From: an uncultured Actinomycetota bacterium
GTDB taxonomy: Bacteria; Actinomycetota; Actinomycetes; Propionibacteriales; Nocardioidaceae
NCBI GenBank assembly: GCA_963742785.1
Contig: CAVUNI010000003.1
Coordinates: 436,692 to 500,691 of the forward strand
Direction: 5' to 3'
Length of the DNA stretch: 64,000 bases
The notes beneath the pieces were generated by a model. That model saw nothing but the letters and a program-made list of their open reading frames with translations, was not told the origin of the DNA and ran no database searches. Both the position numbers and the translations under genes were made by a program. Position 1 is the first letter of the stretch. Each line of letters opens with the position of its first letter. Positions 48,466 through 58,329 of the stretch are shown piece by piece.

Positions 48466-50670
48466 ATGGAGACCCGTGAGCACCAGGCCCGGACCAAGGC
48501 CCGGACCAAGGCCCAGACCGGGGCCCAGACCGGGGCCCATCGCACCGCCCTGGCCGCCTGCAACCTGTGCGAGGCCATCTGTGGCCTCGAGCTGACCATC
48601 GAGGACCGGCAGGACGGTCCGCACGTCGTCTCCATCCGGGGCAACGCAGAGGACCCGCTCTCGCGCGGTCACATCTGCCCCAAGGGCGTGGCGCTGGCCG
48701 ACGTCTACGAGGACCCGGACCGGTTGCGACGTCCGGTGAAGCGGGTTTCGACCGGCTCAACCGGCGGAGACCACGAATGGGTCGAGACGTCCTGGGACGA
48801 CGCGCTCGACCTGACCGCAGAGGGGCTGGCGCGCGCGGTCAACGAGCACGGCCGCGATGCCGTGGGGATCTACCTGGGCAACCCCAACGCGCACTCGCTC
48901 GGCGCGCAGACCCACGGCGTGGGGATGATCAAGACCTTCAGGACGAGGAACAAGTTCAGCGCCAGCTCGGTCGACCAGATCCCGCACCAGTTCGTGGCCT
49001 GGCAGCTCTTCGGACACCAGCTGATGATCCCGATCGCGGACATCGACCGGACGTCGTACTTCCTGGTCTTCGGCGCCAACCCGATGGCGTCCAACGGTTC
49101 GCTGATGACGGTGCCCGACTTCCCCAACCGCCTTCGCGAGCTGAAGAAGCGCGGTGGCCGGATGGTGGTCTTCGACCCGCGGCGGACCGAGACCGCCAAG
49201 GTCGCCCACGAGCACCACTTCGTGCGGCCGGCCACCGACGCTGTCGTGCTGCTGGCGATGCTGCACGTCCTGTTCGAGGAGGGACTGACCGACCCTCCGT
49301 CGTACGTGCGCGAGACCGAGTCGGTGCGGATGGCGGTCCGCGACTACACCCCGGAGTACGCCGAGGAGGCGTCCGGCGTGCCCGCCGACGTGATCCGTCG
49401 GATCACTCGTGAGTTCGCAGCGGCCGACGGGGCCGCGGCGTACGGCCGGATCGGCCTGTCCACACAGGGATTCGGCTCGATCTGCCAGTGGGCGATCCAG
49501 TGCCTGAACATCCTGACCGGCAACTTCGACCGCGAGGGCGGGGTGCTGTTCCCGGAGCCCGCGATCGACATCGTCGGCAAGGCGATCATCGGGCGCGGAC
49601 ACCACGACGTCTGGCGCAGCCGGGTGCGTGACGCGCCGGAGTTCGGCGGCGAGCTCCCGATCAGCACGCTGCGCGAGGAGATCGAGACGCCTGGCGAAGG
49701 TCAGATCCGCGCCATGCTGACGGTCGCGGGAAACCCGGCCCTCTCCACGCCGGACGGCAGGCGCCTCGGTGAGTCCTTCGACGGCCTCGACTTCATGGCC
49801 TCGGTCGACATCTACCTCAACGAGACGACGCGGCACGCCGACGTGATCCTGCCGCCGACGACGGCGCTCGAGCGTGACCAGTACGACCTGGTCTTCCATG
49901 CCCTGGCGGTCCGCAACACGGCGCGTTTCACCCCGGCCGTGTTCGACAAGCCGGAGGGGGCGATGAACGACTGGGAGATCTTCCGCGAGATCGCCCTGCG
50001 CACGGCTGCCCGCCTGGAGAAGAAGAAGCCGCTGCGCAAGGCGCTCGTCGAGCGGGCACGGCTCCGCCTCAGCCCTACGACCCTGGTCACGATGCTGCTG
50101 CTCGCCGGCCGTCGTACGACGATGCGCGCCCTGCGCGCCAACCCCGCCGGGGTCGACCTGGGCCCGCTACGTCCGACGATGCCGGAGCGCCTCCAGACCC
50201 GGGACAAGCTGATCCACCTCGCACCCGACAAGGTGGTGGCTGACCTGGCCCGGTTGCGCGAGGCCATCGCGACCCCTGCGGGTGACGAGCTGCTGCTGAT
50301 CGGGCGCCGACACCAGCAGGACAACAACTCCTGGATGCACAACAGCACCCGCCTGACCCGGGGCAAGCCGCGCCACCAGCTGCTGATGCATCCCGACGAC
50401 CTGGCCCAGCGCGGACTGACCGACGGCACGTCGGTGCGGGTGGCGTCCCGCGTCGGCACGGTGACCACCGAGGTGCGCGCGACCGACGACATGATGCGCG
50501 GCGTGGTGTCGCTCCCCCACGGCTACGGCCACCAGCAGGACGGCACCCGGATGGCCAACGCGACCAAGGTCGCCGGTGTGTCGATCAACGACCTGACGGA
50601 CCCGTTGCGGCTGGACGTGTCGGGCAACGCCGCACTCAACGGCGTACCTGTGACGGTGGCTGCGGTCTAG
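48466..50670 (+). CDS. Molybdopterin-dependent oxidoreductase with N-terminal 4Fe-4S motif
   Basis: ACNLCEAICGL..HICPKG, GANPMASNGS, DPRRTETA, NSWMHN, C-terminal molybdopterin dinucleotide-binding domain. Confidence 0.9.
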   Translation: METREHQARTKARTKAQTGAQTGAHRTALAACNLCEAICGLELTIEDRQDGPHVVSIRGNAEDPLSRGHICPKGVALADVYEDPDRLRRPVKRVSTGSTGGDHEWVETSWDDALDLTAEGLARAVNEHGRDAVGIYLGNPNAHSLGAQTHGVGMIKTFRTRNKFSASSVDQIPHQFVAWQLFGHQLMIPIADIDRTSYFLVFGANPMASNGSLMTVPDFPNRLRELKKRGGRMVVFDPRRTETAKVAHEHHFVRPATDAVVLLAMLHVLFEEGLTDPPSYVRETESVRMAVRDYTPEYAEEASGVPADVIRRITREFAAADGAAAYGRIGLSTQGFGSICQWAIQCLNILTGNFDREGGVLFPEPAIDIVGKAIIGRGHHDVWRSRVRDAPEFGGELPISTLREEIETPGEGQIRAMLTVAGNPALSTPDGRRLGESFDGLDFMASVDIYLNETTRHADVILPPTTALERDQYDLVFHALAVRNTARFTPAVFDKPEGAMNDWEIFREIALRTAARLEKKKPLRKALVERARLRLSPTTLVTMLLLAGRRTTMRALRANPAGVDLGPLRPTMPERLQTRDKLIHLAPDKVVADLARLREAIATPAGDELLLIGRRHQQDNNSWMHNSTRLTRGKPRHQLLMHPDDLAQRGLTDGTSVRVASRVGTVTTEVRATDDMMRGVVSLPHGYGHQQDGTRMANATKVAGVSINDLTDPLRLDVSGNAALNGVPVTVAAV
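48482..48540 (+). repeat. 12-bp tandem repeat at the 5' end of the molybdoenzyme gene
   Basis: (ggcccggaccaa)x2 then (ggcccagaccgg)x2, encoding ARTK ARTK AQTG AQTG. Confidence 0.8.
48744..48767 (+). repeat. REP-like motif embedded in-frame in the molybdoenzyme CDS
   Basis: GGTTTCGACCGGCTCAACCGGCGG vs GGTTTCGACAAGCTCAACCAGCGG at 36483-36506 (21/24 identical). Confidence 0.75.
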
Positions 50671-51656
50671 AGTCCGGCGGCCTGGTCGCTCGCCTCTGGC
50701 TCGTCGAAGACGGCCCGCCGCGTCACGTCGGCGAGCGCCTCGCGGAACACCGGCAGCCAGGTGCCGGACCGCAGCACGATCGAGGCGTGTCCGCCCGGTG
50801 CGACGTAGAGCGAGGCGCCCTCGATCGACGCCGCCAGCTTGCGCTGGCGCCGCTCCGGGATGGTGTGGTCGCGCTGCGTCACCACCACCGCTGTCGGTAC
50901 GTCGATCTCGCTCACCCAGCTCGCCGAGTTGAACCGCCCGAGCTCGCCGAGCACCTCGGGGAACGTCCACGCGCTCGTGCTGCGGAACTCCGCGCGCCCC
51001 CAGGACGCCGGGTCTGAGCGGTCCATCGACGGCACCTCGGGCAGCGTCGCCGCCAGCTGCTCGACCCGCGTCGCTGCGTGACCGGCGAGTACCTGCGTCA
51101 CCGCCGTCATCACAGGGAAGAAGAACTTCTCCCGCTTCAGACCGCGGAAGTTGCGCGCCGTCGAGCCGAGCACGAGGCCGACCACCTTGTCTGGGTGCTG
51201 GCGCCAGATCAGCTGGGCGATCGCCCCGCCCATCGAATAACCGGCGATGATGGCCTGCTCGACGCCGAGCTCGTCCATGACAGCGGCCACGTCGTCGGCA
51301 CAGTCGGTGAACCGGAATCGGGGCGACCTGATCCCGCGGCCGTGCCAGCGCTGGTCGAGCGTGATCACCCGGTGGGTCGTCGAAAGGTCGCCCAGGCTCA
51401 GCGCCCAGCTGAGGTGGGCAGTGGTGCCGAGCGCGTGGAGCAGCACGACCACGGGCGCATCCGGCGTCGGTCCGGGGACGTCGATGACGAACGTGCGCCC
51501 GCGACCCGGGAGGTCGAGCATGCGTCCCTCGAGGAGCCGGTCCAGCGCTGGCGGCGGCAGGGTCCGTCGCGCGCCGGCGCCCACCGCCGTACGAAGCGCC
51601 CAGCCTGCGGGGGCCAGGACGGTGCGGATCGTGGAGCGCGCGTCCGGCTTCTTCAT
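50667..51656 (-). CDS. Alpha/beta fold hydrolase
   Basis: LLHALG, DQRWHGRG, nucleophile GYSMGG, PGGHAS. Confidence 0.87.
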   Translation of the reverse strand: MKKPDARSTIRTVLAPAGWALRTAVGAGARRTLPPPALDRLLEGRMLDLPGRGRTFVIDVPGPTPDAPVVVLLHALGTTAHLSWALSLGDLSTTHRVITLDQRWHGRGIRSPRFRFTDCADDVAAVMDELGVEQAIIAGYSMGGAIAQLIWRQHPDKVVGLVLGSTARNFRGLKREKFFFPVMTAVTQVLAGHAATRVEQLAATLPEVPSMDRSDPASWGRAEFRSTSAWTFPEVLGELGRFNSASWVSEIDVPTAVVVTQRDHTIPERRQRKLAASIEGASLYVAPGGHASIVLRSGTWLPVFREALADVTRRAVFDEPEASDQAAGL

Positions 51657-53059
51657 CTGGTTGCACCCTTCGTCGTGCGCAGCTCCTCGAGTGCGCGGGG
51701 AAGCTCGGCCACCAGGGGCGCCAGGTCGTCGACCAGGTCGGGGCAGCTGAGGAAGGAGAAGTTCATCCGGTCCACGTAGGACCAGGCGGTCACGTTCAGG
51801 CCGATCCCCTCGAGGATCGGGCCCACGCTGAACAGGTCACGGAGGTGAGCACCCGAGATGGAAACGGCCGCACCGGGGCCGCGCACGTTGGAGACCACGG
51901 CATTGAACGGTGGGGCGTGGTATGAGGCGGCACGTGACCGGGAGTAGAGCCGCATCACCGCGGTCAGCGGCGCGGGCGGGGCGAACTGCACCCAGTCGAC
52001 CAGCATGCTCGCGCCAAGCGTCTGATGGATGAGCTTCGACTCACCGGTGGTCCGCGAGATCGCCTGCAGCCGTTCCTGCGGGTCGTCGATGTCCGTGGCG
52101 AGCGAGGTGAAGATGTTCGACACCCGGTTGCCGCCGAGGCGCGGTTCTGCGTCCGCGGCGTCGGTGCCCACCGGTACTCCGGCCACGAGGGAGCGCGTCG
52201 GCAGCTCCCCCCGCTTGCCGAGGTACTGACGCAGCGCCCCGCTCACGACAGCGAGCACGACGTCGTTCATGGTGACGCCGTTGGCGCGCTGCACCTCCTT
52301 GATCTGGTCGATCGGCAGCACCGCGGTCGCGAAGTTGCGGCGCGCCGTGAGTGCGCCGTTGAACGGGGTCCGGGGTACGTCGAGCAGCGGGCGGGGAACC
52401 GTGATGGTCGATGCGCGGCGGTGGCGCAGCACGGCGCCGACCGCCTTCCAGGTGCGGGACAGCAGCTCGGGCAACCTGCCGATCTGCAGCACGGCGTCGA
52501 CCAGGGCCATTCGCAGCTGCTCGAACCACGTCGGAGTGGGTTCCAGCTCCTGCTCACGATGGGGCCGCTCCCGTGCCGGTCGCGGGTCGCCGCCGAGGCC
52601 GTCGACGATGTTGCCCAGCAGCGCATTGGCTGCCACGCCGTCCGCGAGGGCGTGGTGCATCTTGGTGATCACCGCGATCCGGCCGTCGTCGAACGGCTCG
52701 CACACGTGCATCTCCCAGAGCGGCCGGGTGCGGTTCAGCGGCGTTCCGGCGACCCGGCCGATCAGTGCCTCGAGGCCGGCCATCCCACCAGGTGCCGGAA
52801 CCTCGTGGGCGAACACGTGGTTGGTCGGGTCGACCGCACGATCGGAGACCCACAGCGGATGGTTGAGGTAGAACGGCGCCGGGATCGCCCGACGCCGGAG
52901 CGGCGGGAGCTCTGCGAGCCGCGCCACCATCTCGTCCTGGAGGCGGGTGAGGTCGAAGCTCTCCGTCGGCTCCATCAGGGCGATCTTGAGGGTGTGCATG
53001 TGCATGGTGGGCGTCTCCATGTAGAGATACCCGGCGTCAACGCCCTCCATGCGGTCCAC
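51653..53059 (-). CDS. Wax ester synthase / diacylglycerol acyltransferase (WS/DGAT)
   Basis: DAGYLYMETPTMHMH, RTRPLWEMH, catalytic HHALADG, TMNDVVLA, VSNVRGP; start GTG 53059 (or ATG 53050). Confidence 0.92.
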   Translation of the reverse strand: MDRMEGVDAGYLYMETPTMHMHTLKIALMEPTESFDLTRLQDEMVARLAELPPLRRRAIPAPFYLNHPLWVSDRAVDPTNHVFAHEVPAPGGMAGLEALIGRVAGTPLNRTRPLWEMHVCEPFDDGRIAVITKMHHALADGVAANALLGNIVDGLGGDPRPARERPHREQELEPTPTWFEQLRMALVDAVLQIGRLPELLSRTWKAVGAVLRHRRASTITVPRPLLDVPRTPFNGALTARRNFATAVLPIDQIKEVQRANGVTMNDVVLAVVSGALRQYLGKRGELPTRSLVAGVPVGTDAADAEPRLGGNRVSNIFTSLATDIDDPQERLQAISRTTGESKLIHQTLGASMLVDWVQFAPPAPLTAVMRLYSRSRAASYHAPPFNAVVSNVRGPGAAVSISGAHLRDLFSVGPILEGIGLNVTAWSYVDRMNFSFLSCPDLVDDLAPLVAELPRALEELRTTKGATR

Positions 53060-53104
53060 GCGCCGAAGTCTGTGCTGTCCGGGGCCTGACAGCAAGGACC
53101 AAAA

Positions 53105-53150
53105 TGGAATGTGTTCTAGTTCTCTTTCCCGAAAACGAGAACACGTTCTA
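53105..53150. promoter_or_regulatory. Two KstR-like operators (TnnAACnnGTTnnA) in the divergent promoter
   Basis: TGGAATGTGTTCTA (53105-53118) and GAGAACACGTTCTA (53137-53150), each with one mismatch; AT-rich spacer. Confidence 0.6.
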
Positions 53151-53161
53151 GTATTGGACCG

Positions 53162-54025
53162 ATGTATGACTTCAGCGCACGACGCGCGGGCGAGGCCCAC
53201 TACGAGTCCGGGCCCGAACCGCTGTCCCCGCCATCGTGGCTGCTGACCGCGTGCGAGCTGGGGCGCTTCTCCTGGGAGCTCCCGACCTCGCTCCTGGTCG
53301 ACGCGCTGGCGCCCGCGCCCGACGAGGGACAGGGACGACCAGTGCTGGTCATCCCGGGGTTCTCCTCCCCCGACAGCGCGACCCAGCGCGGCCGCACGCA
53401 CCTGCGGCGTCTCGGCTACCGGACACACGGATGGGGCCTCGGGCGCAACCACGGCCTCACCGATCCGGTCATCGACGGTGTGCTGGCGCGGCTCGACGAG
53501 CTCCACGAGACGTACGCCGAGCCGGTGAGCGTAGTGGGCTGGAGCTTCGGCGGGCTGCTCGCACGATGGCTGGCCCACCAGCGGCCTGACGCCATTCGGC
53601 AGGTCGTGTGCCTTGGATCGCCGTACCGTCCCGAGGGTGAGCACACGCGCACGACGCCGTTCTTCGAGCGCTCGGCACGCACCCACGGCCTCTCGGACCG
53701 CGCCTTCGACGTCGTCGACACCCTGCGCCGGCCGCTGCCGGTGCCGGTCAGCGCCATCTACTCGCGGACCGACGGCATCGTGAACTGGCGGGCGTGCGTG
53801 CTCACCGACGCCGAGCTGGACTCTGGACTCGGCGACAACATCTCGGTCCCGAGCAGCCATGTGGGCCTGTTGACCAACCCGCTGTCGCTCGCCGCGCTGG
53901 CGGACCGCCTCGGCCAGGACCCGGCCGACTGGCAGCCCTTCGACTGGCGCACCTGCCTGGACCAAGCGTTCCTCGGACGACGTGCCGCCCCATCCATCCG
54001 ACAACTCGAAGCTGTGGGGCCCTGA
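53162..54025 (+). CDS. Alpha/beta hydrolase (esterase/lipase)
   Basis: PVLVIPGF, WGLGRN, nucleophile GWSFGG, YSRTDGIVNW, SHVGL. Confidence 0.85.
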   Translation: MYDFSARRAGEAHYESGPEPLSPPSWLLTACELGRFSWELPTSLLVDALAPAPDEGQGRPVLVIPGFSSPDSATQRGRTHLRRLGYRTHGWGLGRNHGLTDPVIDGVLARLDELHETYAEPVSVVGWSFGGLLARWLAHQRPDAIRQVVCLGSPYRPEGEHTRTTPFFERSARTHGLSDRAFDVVDTLRRPLPVPVSAIYSRTDGIVNWRACVLTDAELDSGLGDNISVPSSHVGLLTNPLSLAALADRLGQDPADWQPFDWRTCLDQAFLGRRAAPSIRQLEAVGP

Positions 54026-54843
54026 TGTCCGAGATCGACCTTCCCGAGGACGACAGCCGCGAGCGACTCGCATATCGCGACGGCAAGTGGGTGGCCGGGC
54101 TGATCCCGCTGCTCAGACTCGTGGTGCGCACCTGGTTCCGCTCCGAGGTCACGGGCATGGAGAACATGCCCGAGGGCGGGGCACTGATGGTGTCCAACCA
54201 CTCGGGCGGCCTGATCGCCATGGACGTGCCCGTGATCGCGGTGGCGTTCCACGACACGTTCGGCCCCGAGCGGCCGCTCTACGTGCTTGCTCACGACCTG
54301 CTGTTCCTCGGCCAGAGCGGCCCGGTGATGCGCCGTGCCGGGTTCCTGCCGGCGACCCGGGAGAACGCCCACGCCGTCCTGGCCTCCGGGGGCGTCACGA
54401 TCGTGTTCCCCGGCGGCGACTACGACGTGTTCCGCCCTTCCTCGCGCGCAACCACCATCGACTTCGACGGCCGGAAGGGATACGTGCGCACCGCGCTGCG
54501 GGCAGGCGTCCCGATCGTCCCTGTCGTGAGCATCGGCGGTCACGAGGACCAGATCCACCTCTTCCGAGGTGAGCTGATCGCCAAGGTGTTCAAGCTCGAG
54601 GAGCGGCTGCGCACCAAGTACGTGCCGGTGACCTTCGGCTTTCCCTTCGGGTTCACGCTGGCGTTCCCTCCGAACCTGCCGCTGCCGACCAAGATCCGCA
54701 CGCAGGTGCTGGACCCGATCGACATCGTCGCCGAGTTCGGTGAGGACCCCGACATCGACGAGGTCGACGCCGCGGTCCGCGAGCGGATGCAGACGGCTCT
54801 CAACGAGCTCAAGCGCCGACGTCGCTTCCCGGTGCTGGGATGA
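54025..54843 (+). CDS. Lysophospholipid/glycerol acyltransferase (PlsC-like)
   Basis: NHSGG...D motif, FPGGDYD, GRKGYVR, GVPIVP; TGATG overlap. Confidence 0.88.
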   Translation: MSEIDLPEDDSRERLAYRDGKWVAGLIPLLRLVVRTWFRSEVTGMENMPEGGALMVSNHSGGLIAMDVPVIAVAFHDTFGPERPLYVLAHDLLFLGQSGPVMRRAGFLPATRENAHAVLASGGVTIVFPGGDYDVFRPSSRATTIDFDGRKGYVRTALRAGVPIVPVVSIGGHEDQIHLFRGELIAKVFKLEERLRTKYVPVTFGFPFGFTLAFPPNLPLPTKIRTQVLDPIDIVAEFGEDPDIDEVDAAVRERMQTALNELKRRRRFPVLG

Positions 54844-56483
54844 GCCGGATCACGGGGCTGCTGCGGTCCCTGCAGCGGCTGCTGACGACCCTCCGGGTTC
54901 TCGTGAGGAGCGGGATGGTCGCGCCGATGCGGCCCGACAAGTACCTCCGACAGGCACTGGTGATCCGCAGGCACGGTGCCAACGCGATGAGCGGCATCGG
55001 TCTCTCGGCGGCGCGCGCTCCCCGGGCGACGGCGCTCATCGATGAGCGTGGTTCGTTGACGTGGGCAGAGCTCGACCGCCGCGTGGACGCGGCCGGGGTC
55101 GCCCTGCACGAGCTGCTCGGCGGGCGTGACGGGACTCTCGGCATCCTGTGCCGCAACCACCGCGGCCTCGTGGAGTCCCTCGCCGCCGCGACGCGCATCG
55201 GTGCGGACGCCCTGCTGCTCAACACCGGCTTCTCCGGGCCACAGCTGCGCGACGTGCTCGAGCGGGAGCAGGCCACCGTCGTCGTGTACGACGAGGAGTT
55301 CGCACCGTTGCTCGCACAGGCGAGAGAGCGCCTCCCCCAGCTCGCCGAGGTACTCGCCTGGGTCGAGGACCCTGACCACACCGCTTCGGAAGTACACACC
55401 CTCGACGAGCTGATCGAGGACCATCTGGGCCAACGGGCGAAGCGCCCCCCACGCCCGGGCCGCACGGTGCTGCTGACGTCCGGGACCACCGGCACGCCCA
55501 AGGGTGCCCGCCGCTCCGGGGGCGCCGCCGGCTCCCTGGCGGCGATGCTCGATCGGATCCCGTGGCGCGCCGGGCAGGCGACCGTGGTCGCCGCACCGAT
55601 GTTCCACGCGTGGGGATTCGGGCAGCTCGCGATCTCCGCGACGATGTGCTGCACGATCGTGATGCGCCGCCGTTTCGACCCCGAGGCGACCCTGGAGCTG
55701 GTCGACAAGACGCAGGCCACCGGTCTGGCCGTCGTGCCGGTGATGCTCGAGCGGATCATGGACCTTCCGGCCGGGACACTGGACAGCTACAGCCTCGACT
55801 CCCTGAGGTTCGTGACCGCCAGCGGCTCCCGGATGCGATCGGACGCCGTCACGTCCTTCATGGACCGTTTCGGCGACACCGTGCACAACTCCTACAACGC
55901 GACCGAGGCCGGTCTGATCAGCACGGCGACGCCCGCCGACCTGCGGGTCGCACCGGAGACGGCCGGACGTCCGGTGCTCGGCACCGAGCTGCGCATCGTC
56001 GACGACCACGGCGGCGAGGTGCCGCAGGGCGAGGTCGGGCGGATCACCGTCCTCAGCGAGTCGGCCTTCGAGGGCTACACCTCCGGCGAGACCAAGACCT
56101 TCGAGGACGACTACATGGTCTCCGGCGACCTCGGCAGGCTCGACGAGGCCGGGCGGCTCTACGTCGTCGGCCGCGACGACGAGATGATCGTGTCGGGTGG
56201 CGAGAACGTCTATCCGCTCGAGGTCGAGCAGGCCCTCAACGAGCACGCCGACGTCGTCGAGGCCGCGGTCATCGGCGTCGACGACCAGGACTTCGGGCAG
56301 CGCCTCGAGGCGTACGTCGTACTGCGCGACGACGCGTCGGCGACCACGGAGGACCTCAAGAAGCACGTCAAGGCACACCTAGCCGGCTACAAGGTCCCGC
56401 GTCGCGTCGTCGTACTCGACGACCTGCCCCGCAACGACACCGGCAAGGTGGTCAAGAGGGAGCTGGGCGCCCAGAAAAACTGA
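54840..56483 (+). CDS. Acyl-CoA synthetase (FadD12-like)
   Basis: LTSGTTGTPKG, PMFHAWG, YNATE, SGDLG, GRDDEMIVSGGENVYP, GKV. Confidence 0.9.
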   Translation: MSRITGLLRSLQRLLTTLRVLVRSGMVAPMRPDKYLRQALVIRRHGANAMSGIGLSAARAPRATALIDERGSLTWAELDRRVDAAGVALHELLGGRDGTLGILCRNHRGLVESLAAATRIGADALLLNTGFSGPQLRDVLEREQATVVVYDEEFAPLLAQARERLPQLAEVLAWVEDPDHTASEVHTLDELIEDHLGQRAKRPPRPGRTVLLTSGTTGTPKGARRSGGAAGSLAAMLDRIPWRAGQATVVAAPMFHAWGFGQLAISATMCCTIVMRRRFDPEATLELVDKTQATGLAVVPVMLERIMDLPAGTLDSYSLDSLRFVTASGSRMRSDAVTSFMDRFGDTVHNSYNATEAGLISTATPADLRVAPETAGRPVLGTELRIVDDHGGEVPQGEVGRITVLSESAFEGYTSGETKTFEDDYMVSGDLGRLDEAGRLYVVGRDDEMIVSGGENVYPLEVEQALNEHADVVEAAVIGVDDQDFGQRLEAYVVLRDDASATTEDLKKHVKAHLAGYKVPRRVVVLDDLPRNDTGKVVKRELGAQKN

Positions 56484-56496
56484 TCAGACCAGCTGA

Positions 56497-57438
56497 TCAC
56501 GCCAACGCGAGCAGCTCGCGGGTGCGTACGACGTCCTGGCCCATCGTCTCGACGAGCGCTTCCACGCCCTCGAACTTGACCATGCCGCGGATGCGCGAGA
56601 CGAACGAGATCTCCACCGACTCGCCATAGAGCTCGAGGTCGGTGCGGTCGAGCACGTAGGCCTCGACCCGGCGGTCGCGCTCGCCCACGAAGGTCGGGTT
56701 CGTGCCGACGCTGATCGCCGCGGGGAGCGGGTCGCTGCCCGGCTCGTCGAGGACGGTCAGCCAGCCGGCGTACACACCGTCGGCGGGGACCGCGAGCAGG
56801 CCGACCGGGACGTTGGCCGTCGGGTAGCCGAGCTCGCGCCCGCGATGCTCCCCCTCCACCACGTGTCCCACGACGGAGTAGGGACGACCCAGCGCCTCCG
56901 CTGCACCTTCGACATCGCCGGCGGCCAGACAGGTGCGCACATAGGTCGAGGACCACACCTGCGGTCCGCCGTCCAGCGCGATCCCCTCGGCGTCGAAGTC
57001 GCGGTCGGGCCCGGCCTCGACGAGCGTGGCGACGTCGCCCGACGCGCGGGCCCCGAACCGGAAGTTGGCGCCTACCACCACATGGGCTGCGTGCAGTCCG
57101 CCCACCAGGACCCGGTCGATGAACTCCACCGGTGTCCAGGACGCGATCTCGCGCGAGAAGGGGAGCGCGAAAACGTCGTCGACGCCCGCCTCCGCGAGCA
57201 GCAGGCAGCGACGGTCGATGTCGGTGAGGCTCAGCGGCGCGTGCTCGGGCCGGAGGACAGCCATCGGGTGCGGATCGAAGGTGACCGCAACGACCCTCTG
57301 CCCGTCGCGGTCGGCCAGCTCGCGGGCCCGGCGTATGACGTGGCGGTGGCCGAGGTGGACACCGTCGAAGTTGCCGATGACGACGACGGTGCGACCGAGG
57401 TCTGCGGGCACGTCGTCCAGGGAACGCCAGATTCGCAC
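56497..57438 (-). CDS. ribF: Bifunctional riboflavin kinase / FAD synthetase
   Basis: GNFDGVHLGH, TFDPHP, GANFRFG, LGYPTAN, SVGTNPTF. Confidence 0.95.
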   Translation of the reverse strand: MRIWRSLDDVPADLGRTVVVIGNFDGVHLGHRHVIRRARELADRDGQRVVAVTFDPHPMAVLRPEHAPLSLTDIDRRCLLLAEAGVDDVFALPFSREIASWTPVEFIDRVLVGGLHAAHVVVGANFRFGARASGDVATLVEAGPDRDFDAEGIALDGGPQVWSSTYVRTCLAAGDVEGAAEALGRPYSVVGHVVEGEHRGRELGYPTANVPVGLLAVPADGVYAGWLTVLDEPGSDPLPAAISVGTNPTFVGERDRRVEAYVLDRTDLELYGESVEISFVSRIRGMVKFEGVEALVETMGQDVVRTRELLALA

Positions 57439-57461
57439 GCCCCCGAGAGTAGCGGCGCTGG

Positions 57462-58325
57462 TCAGACGAACACCGCGACGGCCCTCGCGTTGTCACCGTC
57501 CTGCTCGTAGAGGGCGAGGAAGTCGCCGTCCGGCGCGAACAGCGCGACGGGACCGTCGTGGCCGAGGTCGATCTCCAGCTTGCGACCGAAGCCGACATCG
57601 AAGGCCTGCGGCTCGTCGAGCTCGTACGCCGGGAAGGTGGCCCGGGCCGCCTCCGTCATCCCGAGGATCTCGAACTCCCCCTCGAGCTGTTCCAGCGTGC
57701 GCGCCTGGTCCAGCGCGAACCTTCCGACGGCGGTACGACGCAGCGCGGTCAGGTGGCCACCGGTCCCGAGCAGCGCCCCCAGGTCGCGGGCGATGGCCCG
57801 GATGAAGGTGCCGCTGGAGCACCGGACCGACAGTCGCACGTCAGGACCGTCTACTCCGTGCACCCGGATCTCGTCGATCCGAACCGATCGCGGCGCGAGC
57901 TCCACCTGTTCGCCCGCCCGGACCCGGTCGTAGGCCCGCTTGCCGTCGACCTTGATCGCCGAGACCGACGAGGGCACCTGCTGGATCTCCCCGACGAGGC
58001 CGGCCAGCGCCTCACGGACCGCAGCGTCGGTGACGCCCTCGGTCGAGGCAGAGGCGGTGACCTCTCCCTCGGCGTCGTCGGTGGTCGTTGACTCGCCGAG
58101 GCGCACCGTGGCGTCGTACGACTTGTCGGTGAGGATCAGGTGGCCGAGCATCCGGGTTGCCCGGTTGACCCCGAGCACCAGAACGCCGGTCGCCATCGGG
58201 TCGAGGGTGCCCGCGTGCCCGACCTTGCGGGTGCCGGCCAGTCGGCGTACGCGGGAGACGACGTCGTGGGAGGTCATCCCGCCTGACTTGTCGACGACGA
58301 CCAGACCGCTTGTGGGGTCCGTCAC
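57462..58325 (-). CDS. truB: tRNA pseudouridine(55) synthase
   Basis: GMTSHDVV, GHAGTLDPMATGVL, SAIKVDGKRAY, CSSGTFIR. Confidence 0.96.
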   Translation of the reverse strand: MTDPTSGLVVVDKSGGMTSHDVVSRVRRLAGTRKVGHAGTLDPMATGVLVLGVNRATRMLGHLILTDKSYDATVRLGESTTTDDAEGEVTASASTEGVTDAAVREALAGLVGEIQQVPSSVSAIKVDGKRAYDRVRAGEQVELAPRSVRIDEIRVHGVDGPDVRLSVRCSSGTFIRAIARDLGALLGTGGHLTALRRTAVGRFALDQARTLEQLEGEFEILGMTEAARATFPAYELDEPQAFDVGFGRKLEIDLGHDGPVALFAPDGDFLALYEQDGDNARAVAVFV

Positions 58326-58329
58326 GTGG

